A stretch of DNA of 64,000 bases from positions 928,001 to 992,000 of the forward strand of contig CAVSAC010000010.1 in assembly GCA_963725865.1 (NCBI GenBank), given 5' to 3'. The DNA is from Candidatus Eiseniibacteriota bacterium. Lineage in GTDB: Bacteria; Eisenbacteria; RBG-16-71-46. A program made the translations under genes and the position numbers. Numbering within the stretch: the stretch's first letter is position 1; each line of letters opens with the position of its first letter. Under the pieces are notes generated by a model, which was not told where the DNA came from, did no database searches, and saw nothing but the letters and a program-made list of their open reading frames with translations. Below, piece after piece: positions 40,678 through 52,314 of this stretch.

Positions 40678-42115
40678 TACCCCGTCGCGCGCGCCGTTCC
40701 ATCCGCCCGAGCGCTTCCCCGAGCTGCCGGGCGGCATTGAGCTGGATCCGACCAACTCCGCCTACGCCGCGGTGCGCGACACCTTCCGGCTGCTCGGGCT
40801 CGACCGCGAGCACGCCGGCAGCCGCGACTGGAACCCGCTCGGCGGCCTGGTGCGCCCGGGCGACACCGTGTTCCTCAAGCCCAACATGATCGCGCACCGC
40901 CACCGCCTGCGCGACGAGTGGGACTACGTCATCACGCACGGCTCGGTGATCCGCGCGGTGATGGACTACGTGCACCTCGCGCTGCGCGGCGAGGGCGCGA
41001 TCCTGCTGGGCGACGCGCCGCAGAGCGACTCGAGCTGGGACGGCCTGCTGGAGCGCATGGGCCTGGCCGCGATCCGCGACTGGTACCGCGCCCGCCACGG
41101 CTTCGCGGTGGAGCTGCTCGACCTGCGCGACGAGCACCACGTCGACCGCGACGGGATCTACGTCGAGACCGTGCGGCTGCCGGGCGACCCGCGCGGCGGG
41201 GTGGCGGTCGACCTCGCGGACGACAGCATGTTCCGCGAGCTGGACGCGCAGGGGAAGCGCTACTACGGCGCCTACTACGACTGGAAGGAGACCAACGCCC
41301 ACCAGCGCGCCGGCCGCCACGAGTACGCGATCTCGCGCTCGCCGCTGACCGCCGACGTGTTCATCAACCTGCCGAAGCTCAAGACCCACAAGAAGTGCGG
41401 CATCACCGTCAACCTCAAGGGCCTGGTCGGCATCAACGCGAACAAGAACTGGCTCCCCCACTACGCGTTCGGCGCGCCCGAGGACGGCGGCGACCAGTTC
41501 GACCACGCCACGCTCAAGACGCGGCTCGAGAACTGGGTGGTGATGCCCGCAAAACAGCTGCTGCTCGCCGACGTGCCGATGTTCAAGCGCCTGGCGCGGC
41601 GCACCAAGCAGGTCGGTTACGACGTCTTCGGAGGCACCGAGCAGGTCGTGCGCTCGGGCAACTGGCACGGCAACGACACCGTGTGGCGGATGTGCCTCGA
41701 CCTCCACCGCATCCTGCTCTACGGCGAGGCGGACGGCTCGATGCGGCCGGCGGGCGGCGCCAAGCGCTACTTCTCGGTAGTGGACGGCATCGCCGCGATG
41801 GACGGCAACGGTCCGGTCGCCGGCGACCGCCGCGAGGCCGGGCTGATCGTCGCCGGCGCCAACCCGGTCGCGGTGGACACGGTGTGCGCGCGGGTGATGG
41901 GCTTCGACCCGCAGCGCATGGCGCTGCGTGCGCCGCGCGTACGAGGCGCACCGCTGGCCGCTGGTCGAGGGCACCGAGGCGGACATCGCGCCGATCAGCG
42001 ACGTCGCCGCGTGGAATCGTCCGCTCGCCGCGTGGCGGCTCGAGGACACGCTGCGGTTCCGCCCGCACTTCGGTTGGACGGGCGCGATCGAATGGGAGGA
42101 CGCGCGGGCCGATGA
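40633..42115 (+). CDS. DUF362 domain protein (frameshifts near 40690 and 41925; 3' end approximate)
   Basis: VFLKPNM, ITHGSV, DAPQ, INLPKLKTHKKCGIT..LKGLVG, DGIAAMDGNGP, PVAVD. Confidence 0.85.
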
Positions 42116-42249
42116 GCTCGAGTCGGAGCCCGCAGCTGCGCGCGGCGCGGTGCGCGTACGAGCGCGTCCTGGTCGTCGGTTGCGGCGACGGCCCGAGGCG
42201 CGTACATCGCTCGCGTCAGGCGCGGCTTCTGTGCACGAGCGCGCGTCGA

Positions 42250-43219
42250 CCAGTGACTCCAGCCGGTACAGCGCCCTGCTGACCCCAGCAGGACGGCACG
42301 CGCATCCACGCGGGTGCCCAGCGCGACCTCCTGCTCCCGTGCCGTAGCACAGTCCGACTCGCGCGGCAGCTGCGAGAACCGGCGTGAAGCGCTCGGCGGA
42401 TCGGCGCTGCGGACCCAAGCTCGCGGATGGTGGCTCTGGGCGGGCGGCAGCGCGCCCAGCAACTGGCGCGGGATACGTGCGGGTGGCATCCGCCGCCTGG
42501 ATCTGCAGGAGCAGCGCCCGATCGGAGAGTCCCGCGGCCTGGTACTCCTTGCGGGCGAACACCTCGTTCACGAACCGCGTGCGGTAGGCCTCCGCCATGC
42601 GGAGCCACACGATCGCCTCAGTCACGAGCCCGCGCGTGCCCTCGAACGGGAACGGGAACTCGCGCATGACTTCGATGCGGATCATGCCGATCTTGTCGCC
42701 CGCGACGTGGTGGCGCATCCGCAGGTCCACCGCGTCGGAGTCGAGTGGGTCGCACGGGAACCGGGTGCCCACGAGGCGGCCATCGGAGTACTCGAACAGC
42801 CCCACCACCCCGGTGTACCGGTGGCGCTCGGCCGCGGGGATCGTCTCCCAATGCGCGAGCATGCGCTCGAGCGCGGTGGGCGTGTACCAGTCGTCGGAGT
42901 CCAGGATCGCGAAGTACCGGCCGCGGGCCATCTCGACGCCCCGGTTGGTGGCGACGTGCTTGCCCCCGTTCGGCTGGTACAGGTAGCGGATCTCGAGCGC
43001 TCCCTCGGCCTGCCATTCGCGGACCAAGCTCTCGGTGCCGTCGCTCGAGCCGTCGTCGACGATGACCCACTCGAACGAGCGGAACGTCTGCGCCTTCAGG
43101 CAGTCGTGGACGCGGGGCAGCAGGCGGGCGCGGTTGTAGGTCGGCGTGAAGACCGTGAAGGCGGGATCGTCTGCCGTCCATGCCGCCGCCGGGCGGGGGG
43201 CGCCTGACTTGCACGTCAC
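42250..43219 (-). CDS. Glycosyltransferase family 2 (3' end frameshifted, boundary approximate)
   Basis: FTVFTPTYNR, IVDDGSSD, NGGKHVA, LDSDD, GDK, EYQAAGLS. Confidence 0.8.
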
Positions 43220-44168
43220 GACGACCTGGCCGCGCCGGCGGTGTCGCCCGATCGCTGCGACGGAGCGGCACACCATGTCGCGCAGCGAGCGCTCAAGCGG
43301 AATGGCGGCGCTCCAGCCGGTCGCGGTGCGCAACTCGGAAGCGTCCCCGACCTGCTCGAGCACCTCGACCGCGCGCACGCGCGCCGGATCCACCACGATG
43401 CGCGCCTGCACGCCGGCCGCCGCGAGCACGCTGCTCGAGCAGCGCGCGCACCGCGACCGGACGCTCCGAGGCCACGTTGAACACGCGGCCGCGCAGGTCG
43501 TCGCGCTCCAGCAGCGCGAGGTAGGCGCGCACCGCGTCGCGGACGTCGACGAAATCGCGGCGCGGCTCCAGGTTGCCCACCCGGATCGGGGCGTCGGTCC
43601 CGCCGGCGCGCAGCGCGCGCGCCTGGGCCATGAAGTCCGAAGGCGCGAATCCCTCGCGCAGCCCGGGGCCGACCAGGTTGAACGGGCGCGCCACGGTGAC
43701 GGCCACCAGTCCGCGGCGGTGCATCGACAGCGCCGCGTGCTCGGCCGCCGCCTTGCTCGCGCCGTAGGGCGTGACCGGTCGCAGCGGGGTCGCCTCGCGC
43801 ACCGGTGACTCCTCGGGACGCGTGAGGCCGTAGACGGCGGCACTCGAGATCAGCACCACCGCCGGAGGTCGGGCCAGTGCTGCGCACGCCTCGATCAGGT
43901 GTCGTGTCGCGTCCAGGTTGACGGCCCAGCAGCGCTCGACGTCGCGGCCGCTCACGCCGGCCAGGTGGAGTACGCGGTCGGGGCGCACCCGCTCGAGCAG
44001 CGTCCGCGCCGCGTCCGGCTTCGCGAGATCGGCCGGCACGTAGCGCAGCCCCGCGGGTCCCTGCGGCGCCAGGTCGGTGCCCCACAGCTCCAGGTCCCGT
44101 CCGGCGCTCGCCTCGCGCAGGTGGCGCGCGGTGAACGACGCCGCGCCGGTGACGAGCAGGCGCGTCAT
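43216..44168 (-). CDS. GDP-sugar dehydratase/reductase SDR (Rmd-like), frameshifted near 43440 and 43270
   Basis: LVTGAASFTA, ISSAAVYG, PYGASK, RPFNLVGP, VGNLEPRRDFVDVRD, then TGWSAAIPLERSLRD in another frame. Confidence 0.8.
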
Positions 44169-44905
44169 CGCCGCGAGGCGGGCGCCGGGTCGGAGCCGTC
44201 GTCGCGCAGGAACTCCGCGCGGTGGGCCTCGAAGGTCTCGAGCGCGTCCGCGTAGTCGTCGGTGCGCCCGATGTCGAGCCACAGGCACGGCTGCTCGAAC
44301 GTGGTCACCGTCTCGCCCGCCTGCTTCAGCCGCATCATCAGGTCCGGCATCCCGAGGGGCTCGTGCTCGCCGATCGCCGCGAGCGCGCGCGGCTCCAGGA
44401 TGTTGATGCCCATGCTCACCGCGTAGTGCGTCTCGGGCTTCTCGATGTAACGCGCGAGCACGCCGTCGGGGCCGGTCTCGACCACGCCGTAGTCGATGCG
44501 CACGCTGCGCCGGTGCACCGCGATCGTGGCGGCGGCGCCGGCACGCCGGTGGTGCGCGAGCATCGCGCGGTAGTCCAGCGTGGTGAGCACGTCGCCGTTC
44601 ATCACCAGGAACGTCTCGTCGAGCCCCGGCACCAGGCGCAGCGGACCGGCGGTCGAGAGGGGCCGGTCCTCGCGCGAGTAGTCGATCCGCAGACCGAGCC
44701 GCCCGCCGTCGCCGAAGAACGCCTCGATCAGCTCCGCCAGGTACGAGACCGCCAGCGTCACGTGCGAGAAGCCGCTCGCCTTCAGCTGCCGCAGCACGAT
44801 CTCGAGGATGGGCATCTCGCCGATCGGCATCAGCGGCTTGGGGAACACTGTCGTGTAGGGCCGCAGCCGCGTCCCCTTGCCGCCCGCCAGGATCACCGCA
44901 CGCAT
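44165..44905 (-). CDS. Sugar-phosphate nucleotidyltransferase
   Basis: ILAGGKGTRLRPYT..PKPLMP, LSTAGPL, MNGDVL, WLDIG. Confidence 0.92.
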   Translation of the reverse strand: MRAVILAGGKGTRLRPYTTVFPKPLMPIGEMPILEIVLRQLKASGFSHVTLAVSYLAELIEAFFGDGGRLGLRIDYSREDRPLSTAGPLRLVPGLDETFLVMNGDVLTTLDYRAMLAHHRRAGAAATIAVHRRSVRIDYGVVETGPDGVLARYIEKPETHYAVSMGINILEPRALAAIGEHEPLGMPDLMMRLKQAGETVTTFEQPCLWLDIGRTDDYADALETFEAHRAEFLRDDGSDPAPASRR

Positions 44906-44918
44906 CGCGTTCGCGCCC

Positions 44919-45914
44919 TCACACGTTGTACAGGCTGGGTTTGTAGTCCGCCAGGTGACCCTGGATCCACTCCGCGGTGCGCTGCACGCCCTCCTCGAGC
45001 CCGACGCGGCTGGTCCAGCCGAGCCGCTCGCGCGCCACCGTGGCATCGCCGATCAGTGCCATCACCTCGCTGCGCTCGGGACGCACGCGCGCGTCCTCGA
45101 CCTCCACGCGCGGCCGGCGGCCGGTCGCCCGCAGGGCCAGCTCGAGCAGCTCGCGCATGGTCACCCCGCGCCCGCTGGCGAGGTTGATCACCGCGCCCTC
45201 GATCCCCGGCGCCACCGCGGCCGCCAGGAACCCTGCCACCGTGTCGGCCACGAAGTTCATGTCGCGCACCGGATCGAGCGAACCCACGCGCACCACGTCG
45301 GCGGTCAGCGCCTGGGTGAGCACCGTCGGCAGGAACGCGCGTGCCGACTGGCGCGGGCCATAGGTGTTGAACGGCCGCACGATCACCACCGGGGTCGCGA
45401 ACGAGCAGTGGTACGACTCCGCCAGCTTGTCCGCGCCGATCTTGCTCGCCGAATAGGGCGACTGCCCCTGCAGCGGGTGCTGCTCGTCGATCGGGGTGTA
45501 CCGCGCGGTCCCGTAGGTCTCGCTGGTCGAGGTGTGGAGCATGCGTTCCACGCCGTGGCGCCGCACCGCCTCCAGCACGTGGAGCGTGCCGCGCACGTTG
45601 GTGTCGACGTACTCCGACGGCGCCAGGTACGAGTACGGGATCGGGATGAGCGCGGCGAGATGGAACACGCGCTCGCAGCCCGCCACCAGCCGATCCACGA
45701 AGAACGGATCGCGCAGGTCGCCGGGGCGCACGTCGAGCGCCGCGCGGGTCTCCGGCGCGAGCCGCTCGAGCTGCCCCCAGTCGTTGCGCGAGTTGTAGTG
45801 GACCAGCGCGCGCACCCGCGCTCCGGCGGCGACCAGGGCCTCGACGAGGTGGCTCCCGATGAACCCGCCCGCGCCCGTGACGAGAACGGTGCGGCCCTTC
45901 AGCTCATCCGACAT
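44919..45914 (-). CDS. NAD-dependent nucleotide-sugar 4,6-dehydratase (LegB-like)
   Basis: VTGAGGFIGSHL, HLAALIPIPYSY, TSTSETYGTA, QSPYSASK, RPFNTYGPRQSARA, RPERSEV. Confidence 0.9.
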   Translation of the reverse strand: MSDELKGRTVLVTGAGGFIGSHLVEALVAAGARVRALVHYNSRNDWGQLERLAPETRAALDVRPGDLRDPFFVDRLVAGCERVFHLAALIPIPYSYLAPSEYVDTNVRGTLHVLEAVRRHGVERMLHTSTSETYGTARYTPIDEQHPLQGQSPYSASKIGADKLAESYHCSFATPVVIVRPFNTYGPRQSARAFLPTVLTQALTADVVRVGSLDPVRDMNFVADTVAGFLAAAVAPGIEGAVINLASGRGVTMRELLELALRATGRRPRVEVEDARVRPERSEVMALIGDATVARERLGWTSRVGLEEGVQRTAEWIQGHLADYKPSLYNV

Positions 45915-45983
45915 TCGGCCCCCTCTCGCTGCGCGCCCGTGCGGCGGGCGCGGAGTATAGCATCGTGACCCGGCGGCGCCCGC

Positions 45984-47096
45984 TCATGCCAGCTTCCACC
46001 GTTCGAGCACCGCTTCGAGCCGCGGCGCGACGCGATCCCACGCATAGGCCTCGGCGGTGTGGCGCGCCCCGATCCCGAGCCGCGCGGCGAGGCGCGGCTC
46101 GCGCGCGAGCCGCGCGAGCGCCGCACGCAGCGCGAGCGGGTCGCCGGCCGGGATCGAGAGCCCGTTGGCACCATCCACCAGCAGCCCCCGCACTCCGGCC
46201 ACCGGCGTCGCGATCACGGGTCGCCCCCACGCCATCGCCTCGAGCAGCACGTTGGGCAGCCCTTCGCCGCGTCGCGCCGCGAGCACCACGCACGCCGCCT
46301 CGGCGTACCGCGGACCGAGCCGCGCGCGCTCCACGAATCCCGCGAACTCGACGTCCGCCCCGCACCGCGCGGCGCGCGCTTCGAGCGCCGCGCGCTCGGG
46401 GCCGTCGCCCGCGATCGTGAGCCGGCCCGCGCCGCCCGCGACGGCGTCGATCACGACGTCCATCCCCTTGTCCGGGATCAAGCGTCCGACCGCCAGGATG
46501 CGCCCGTCCGGGCGCGCCGTGCCGGGCGCCGGCAGCGCCGGCAGATCGATGCCATTGGGCACGACGTCGAGATGTCCCGCCACGCTGGCCCGCGCGGAGC
46601 GCGCGAACCGGTCGAGCGCGTCCAGCAGCGCCTGGCGGCCCTCCTCCGTCTGCACGAGCACGCCGCGCGCGTCGCTCCACGTGGTCGGATTGAGCGCCGC
46701 CTCGGCCGTTCGCTCGCCGAGGCGGTACTCGCCCTCGCCGCGGATCCACACGATCGCGGGCACGCCGACGCGGCGCTGGATGCGCACGCCCGCCCAGCCG
46801 CTGACGAACGACTGGAAGCACAGCAGCACCTCGGGCCGCGGGGCGAGCGAGCGCACGACCCGCTCGATCCGCGTCGCGTCGCGCCACGTCTTCCACACCG
46901 GCACGCGCGAGACCGGGAGCCGCACCACCTCGAAGCCGTCACGCGCCTCGCGGCCGGGCACCCGCTCGCTCTCCTGCCGCGTCACCACCGTGACGCGGTG
47001 GCGGACGGCGAGCAGGCGCGCCCAGCACTCGGCCTGGTGCTCGGCGCCCCCCTGCGGGCCCGGCGGAAAGCGCCCGATCAGGATCGCGAGGTTCAC
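45984..47096 (-). CDS. Glycosyltransferase family 4
   Basis: GGAE, VPNGID, VGRLIPDKG, EGLPNVLLEAMA. Confidence 0.88.
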   Translation of the reverse strand: MNLAILIGRFPPGPQGGAEHQAECWARLLAVRHRVTVVTRQESERVPGREARDGFEVVRLPVSRVPVWKTWRDATRIERVVRSLAPRPEVLLCFQSFVSGWAGVRIQRRVGVPAIVWIRGEGEYRLGERTAEAALNPTTWSDARGVLVQTEEGRQALLDALDRFARSARASVAGHLDVVPNGIDLPALPAPGTARPDGRILAVGRLIPDKGMDVVIDAVAGGAGRLTIAGDGPERAALEARAARCGADVEFAGFVERARLGPRYAEAACVVLAARRGEGLPNVLLEAMAWGRPVIATPVAGVRGLLVDGANGLSIPAGDPLALRAALARLAREPRLAARLGIGARHTAEAYAWDRVAPRLEAVLERWKLA

Positions 47097-49014
47097 GCGC
47101 CGCTCCCTCCCGCCCACGTGGTCAGCGGCTCGGCGAGCTCCTCGCGCGCCCGGTCCACGTAGGTTTGCGCCCACAGTTCCAGGCAGGTGAGCGTCCAGAT
47201 CTGCTTGGTGCGCCGGTCGTCGCGCGAGGCGGTGTCGGCGAGCAGGCGTCCGATCGCGGCGGGGTCGGTCCAGCCGCGCGCCCGCGCCCGCGGGTCGAGC
47301 AGCACCTCGCGGGCGAGGCGGTCGAACCCGCCTCCGAACCAGCTCGCCAGCGGCACGCCGAAGCCCTGCTTGGAGCGCGCCAGAATCGCCTCCGGCAGCA
47401 GCTCGCGCAGGCTCTCGCGGAGCAGCCACTTGCCGGTCGCGCCGTGGAGCTTGAATTCGAACGGGATGCGGGCCGCGAATTCCTGGAGGGGATGGTCGAG
47501 CAGCGGCTCGCGCGCCTCGAGGGAGTGCAGCATCGAGGTGCGATCGACCTTGAGCATCACGTCGTCGATCATGTAGGTCTGCGCGTCGAGTTGCAGGAGC
47601 GCGGCGAGCTCTCCCAGCTCGCGGGCAGCCGTCGCGTGCAGCTCGCGCATCTCACGGAATGGATCGTGCCGCAGCACCACCTCGCGCAGGCTCGATCCCA
47701 GCACCGCCAGCATCTCGGGACGCGGGAACACCGACTCCACGTGGAGATGGCGGTCCACCACGCACATCGGCAGCCGGCGCAGCTTGCGCCCGACTGGATG
47801 GTCCGGGTGGAGCAGGTTCGCGGGCCACGCGAGCAGCTTGCGCAGCGGACGCGGGACGACGTCGAACGCGGCGTACTGGCGCGCGAACGTGTAGGTGGTG
47901 TAGCCGCCGAACGTCTCGTCCCCGCCGTCGCCCGAGAGCGCGACCGTGACGTGGCGCCGCGCCATCTCCGAGACGTACTGGCTCGGGATCATCGAGGCGT
48001 CGGCGAACGGCTCGTCCATCTGCCAGACCAGCCGCGGCAGCAGGTCGAGCGCGCGAGGCCGCACGATCAGCTCGTGATGATCGGTCCCCAGGTGCTTCGC
48101 CACCACGCGGGCGTGCTCGACCTCGCTGAAGTCGGCCTCCTCGAAACCGATCGTGAACGTCTTGACCGGCTCCGAGACGATCTGCTGCATCATCGCGACG
48201 ACCGCGCTCGAGTCGATCCCTCCGGACAGGAACGCGCCGAGCGGCACGTCGGCGACCATGCGCACCCGCACCGCCTCGCGCAGCAGCGACAGCAGTCGTT
48301 CGCGGTAGTAGTCGAGCGAGTGCCCGGCGTCGACGTCGGTCGGCAGCGACCAGTAGCGCTCGACCCGCACGCCGTTCGCGTCGCACACCAGCAGGTGCGC
48401 GGGCGGGAGCTTGCGCACGCCCCGCCAGATGGCGCCGGGCGCGGGCACGTACTGGAACGTGAGGTAGTCCGCGATCGAGCGCTCGTCCACCTCGCGCGGG
48501 ATCGAGGGATCGAGCATCAGCGCCTTCAGCTCGGACGCGAACACGAGGCGCCGTCCGTCGTCGTGATAGTAGAGCGGCTTGACTCCGAAGCGGTCGCGGC
48601 ACAGCAGCAGGCGTCGCCGGGGCCGGTCGAACAGCGCGAAGGCGAACATGCCGCGCAGGTGCGACGGCATCGCGTCCCCGTGCTCCTCGTAGAGATGGAG
48701 CAGCGCCTCGGTGTCGCTGGTGCCGCGGAAGCGGTGTCCCCGCGAGTCGCCAGCACCGAGCGCAGCGCGGGCCAGCCGTAGATCTCGCCGTTGTACGTGA
48801 CCCACAGGGACTCGTCCTCGTTCGGCATCGGCTGGTGACCGCCGGGCGAGAGATCGACGATCGCGAGCCGGCGATGCGCGAGCGCGACGTCGCCGTCCGT
48901 CCACAGGCCCTGGCCGTCGGGCCCGCGGTGGATCATGCAGTCGCGCTGGCGCCGCACCAGCTCCAGGTCGGGTGCGCCGCCGCGGTAGTGGAAGACGCCG
49001 TTGATTCCGCACAT
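47093..49014 (-). CDS. asnB: Asparagine synthase (glutamine-hydrolysing) family amidotransferase (frameshift near 48745)
   Basis: MCGING, HRGPD, HRRLAIVDL, YNGEIY; SDTE, RDRFGVKPLY, FLSGGIDSS, SGDGGDE, KQGF. Confidence 0.92.
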
Positions 49015-49017
49015 GGC

Positions 49018-51583
49018 TCAGTGCCGTCCTACGCCGGCGCCCGCCTTCGGCGCCCGGCCCACCACGAGCGTGCCCACCGGCACGCCGGAGAAGTAGTCGT
49101 CGTCGACGAAGTAGTCGCGCAGGCTCAGGTTCGGGTAGTGCGGCTGGCGGTGCATCCGCACCTGGACGCGGTACGATCCGTCGGCCACGTCGGTCGGAAT
49201 CCGGACCGTGAACGAGTCGCGCACCAGTTCGTCGCTCCGCCACAGGTCCACGCCGTACTGGCCCGCCACCGGCAGGTGGTCTTCCCGGAAACGATAGCGC
49301 TCGTGGCGCAGGTGTTCGAGCAGCTTGCGCGCCGGCTTGCGCACCAGCGTGGGCGGATCGAAGCCGGGCGGCAGATCGCGATCGAATCGCACCGAGACCG
49401 AGTAGGCGCCGGCCGGCGCGGGGCGCTCCGCGTGCCACGCCAGCACGCCGTGCACGGTGTCTCCGCGCGATGCGACCGAGCGGTCGAGTGCGAAGCCGGC
49501 CACTACCGGCAGCCCGGGCCCCATCGCGGCCACCCGAGTCGTCGCGCCGGCCCAGGGTTCCACTCCGGGCCGCCGGGGCGCGGCTGCGAGCATCGTGTCG
49601 AGCACCGGCGCCCGCACCCGGTACACCACCAGATCCCCGGTATCGAACGCCGGCTCGAACGCATCGGGGCGAGCATCGAAGCGGGCCCGGGCGGCGCGAA
49701 ACCAGGCGTGCCCCGGAGCCCAGTAGTCGAGCTGCGGGCGCTGCGCGAAGCGGTCGTTCAGCACGATCGCGCCGACGCCGTAGCGCCGCACGACCTCGCG
49801 GGTGGTGGCCCAGGAGGCGTAAGGGTCGAGGGCATCGCGCGCGTCGAGGATCCGCCGCAGCGCCAGCGAGTCGTTCGGCGAGGAGTGCTGGTCCACCAGC
49901 GTGACCACGAACAGCCCGGTGAGCATGGGCACCGCGTACGAGGTCGCGGGATCGGACAGCACCACCTGGCCGGGCTCGAGATGCTCGCTCATCCAGTCGA
50001 AGGCGTCCTGCCAGCGGCGCGGGTCCTCGGCCCGCTCGGCCGCCGTCACCGAGTCCGGGTGCGCGAGCACGTGGAGGGCGTCCAGCACGGCCGGAGCGAG
50101 CAGCGCGAGCGCGAGCGCCAGGAACGCGGCGCTCCACCCGCGCGCCGTGCGCTGCGGCGCCCGCCACGCCGTCGCGGCCAGCTCCGGCAGCAGCCACGCG
50201 AGAATGCCGGCGAACGGCACCAGCCAGATCATGCGCATGAGCAGGTAGCCGATACGCGGCTCCAGCAACGCCACGGCGAGCGGGTCGTACATCACCAGCG
50301 CCACGGCGACCGACGCCGTGAGCAGGTACAGCACCGCGCTGTTGGCCCGCCCGCGCGACCACAGCCACGGCCACGCCAGCGGGACCAGCACCCAGGCGAT
50401 CCCCATCCACGCCCACAGCTCGCCGATCGATGCGGTCCGCAGCGTGTCGGTCACGAACAGCAGCCCCTGGGACTCGAGGTGGATCGGGTTCGATGGGCGC
50501 ATAGGCCTGGCGCGCCCGGAACAGCACGTAGGGCAGGCAGGCGAGCGCCACGAGCAGGCCGGTCCCGGCGAGCCGGCGCGCCTCGGCCCCGAAGCGGCGG
50601 TCGCGCAACAGCAGCCCCACGCCGAGGGCGGCGAACATCATCGCGAACTGGATCACCGCGAACACGTGCGCCGCGGCCGCCGCGAACCCGAGGGCCGCCG
50701 CCGCGAGCCGGGTGGCGCGGCGCGGCGCGCGCAGGTCCGCCAGCACCGCGACCGTGGTCGCGAGCGCGAGATGGTCGCCCATGCGCGAGGCGAACGCGGC
50801 CTGGCGGATGGGGCTCTGCGCCATGCTCGCGCCGTACGTGAGCACCAGCGCCCACGCCGCCAGCGCGGCACCCGACGAGCCGCGTACCAGCACGCCGAGC
50901 GCGGCGGCGGCGAGCACGAACAGCGGCACCACGAGCGCCGGCAGCGCGCGCCACGCCACCACCGGGTCGAGCCCGGCCAACCGGCAGAGCAGCGCGACCT
51001 CGCCGTGCCAGAGCCCCTTGCGGGGATCTGCGCCGAGCGCTCCGGCGTCGCGGAAGAACGCGTTCGTGGGGAACAGGTCGCCGGTCTCGAGCATGCGGCG
51101 CAGCGTGCCGACGTGGTCCGGCGTGTCGCTCGAGAGACCCATCGGCGGTCCGAAGCGCGCCGAGTGCCACGCCGCGAACGCCGCGGCCAGCAGCACGACG
51201 ACGCCGGCCCAGCGCGTGATCGAGCGCGGCGCCGCGGCCGCCTCGCGGGGTCCGCGCGCCGCCACCAGCAGCCACGGCAGCGCGCACGCGAGCGGGCTCC
51301 ATGCCGCCAGCGCCAGGAACGGCCCGCCCACCAGCCGCGAGACGAACAACTGCGCGGCGCACCACGCCACGCTGAATCCGAACGCCCAGCCCGGAGCGGT
51401 CCACGCGCCACCCGGCGGCGCCGCGCCCAGCACCACGAAGGCGGCCCCCGGCAGGACGAGCAGGGACACGAACGCGAGCGTCAGGCGCGCGACATCGGGA
51501 AGTCCACCCACCGCACCGGTCACGAGCAGGCCCGGCAGCAGGGCGGCGAGGAAGGCGCCGGCGAGGGCACGGGAACGGGTCAT
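49018..51583 (-). CDS. Large polytopic membrane protein, probable GT-C glycosyltransferase (frameshift near 50490)
   Basis: Many TM segments, loop SSDTPDHV, C-terminal extracytoplasmic domain (VVLSDP, W..DELVRD). Confidence 0.65.
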
Positions 51584-52314
51584 GATTCGAGCACCGGACC
51601 TCGCAGGCGAGGCGGCCCCGCCTCCACTCCGGGCGACGCCGGGGACGCCCGCATGAGCCATTGGAACGCCATCGCGTCGGGGGCGATCGCGCACGCGATC
51701 CGCGTCAGCGCGCGCTCGATCGCGCCGAGGCGCAACCGCAGCAGGATCCAGTCGAGGCGCGTGCGCTGCACGCTGAAGCCCAGCTCCTCGGCACGATAGC
51801 CGCAGCGGCCCAGCATCGCGAGCGTGGTCGTGCGCGTGAAGAAGCGCAGATGGGTCTCGTCGAGCAGACCGCTCTCGGTGTAGTCGAAGTGGCCGTGCAG
51901 CAGCTGCCAGCGGATCGAGTGATGCGCGATGTTCGGGATCGAAACCAGCACGCGCCCCCCGGGCGAGAGCCACGTGCGGGTGCGCTGGAGCACCCGGTCG
52001 GGGTCGCGCAGGTGCTCGAGCACGTCGGCGAACACCGCCACGTCGTACGGACCGTCGAGTCCCTCCCAGAGCCGCTCGTCCTCGATGTCGCCCACGACGA
52101 TGCGCTCGCAGTACGCGGCCGCCTGCGCCGCGGCGGCAGGACTGTATTCGAAGCCCGTCACCGTGCAGCCGCGGTATTCGCGGAGCACGCGGCTCATGTA
52201 GCCGGTGGCGCAGCCGAACTCGATCACGCGGCTGCCCGGCGGCGTCCACTCCACCAGCTGCCGCTTGTTGGGCTCGAGCCGGTCGCGCCACGGATAGACC
52301 TTCTCCTTCAGCAT
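51580..52314 (-). CDS. Class I SAM-dependent methyltransferase
   Basis: VIEFGCATG, YDVAVFADVLEHL, SIPNIAH, GLLDETHLRFF. Confidence 0.88.
   Translation of the reverse strand: MLKEKVYPWRDRLEPNKRQLVEWTPPGSRVIEFGCATGYMSRVLREYRGCTVTGFEYSPAAAAQAAAYCERIVVGDIEDERLWEGLDGPYDVAVFADVLEHLRDPDRVLQRTRTWLSPGGRVLVSIPNIAHHSIRWQLLHGHFDYTESGLLDETHLRFFTRTTTLAMLGRCGYRAEELGFSVQRTRLDWILLRLRLGAIERALTRIACAIAPDAMAFQWLMRASPASPGVEAGPPRLRGPVLES

Noticed and set aside
40256..43843. Very long ORFs in the supplied track (1195 aa here; also 47093-52291 and 30437-34048) as giant fusion proteins
   Set aside because: They are stop-poor GC-rich frames that run through several real genes because of overlaps and frameshifts
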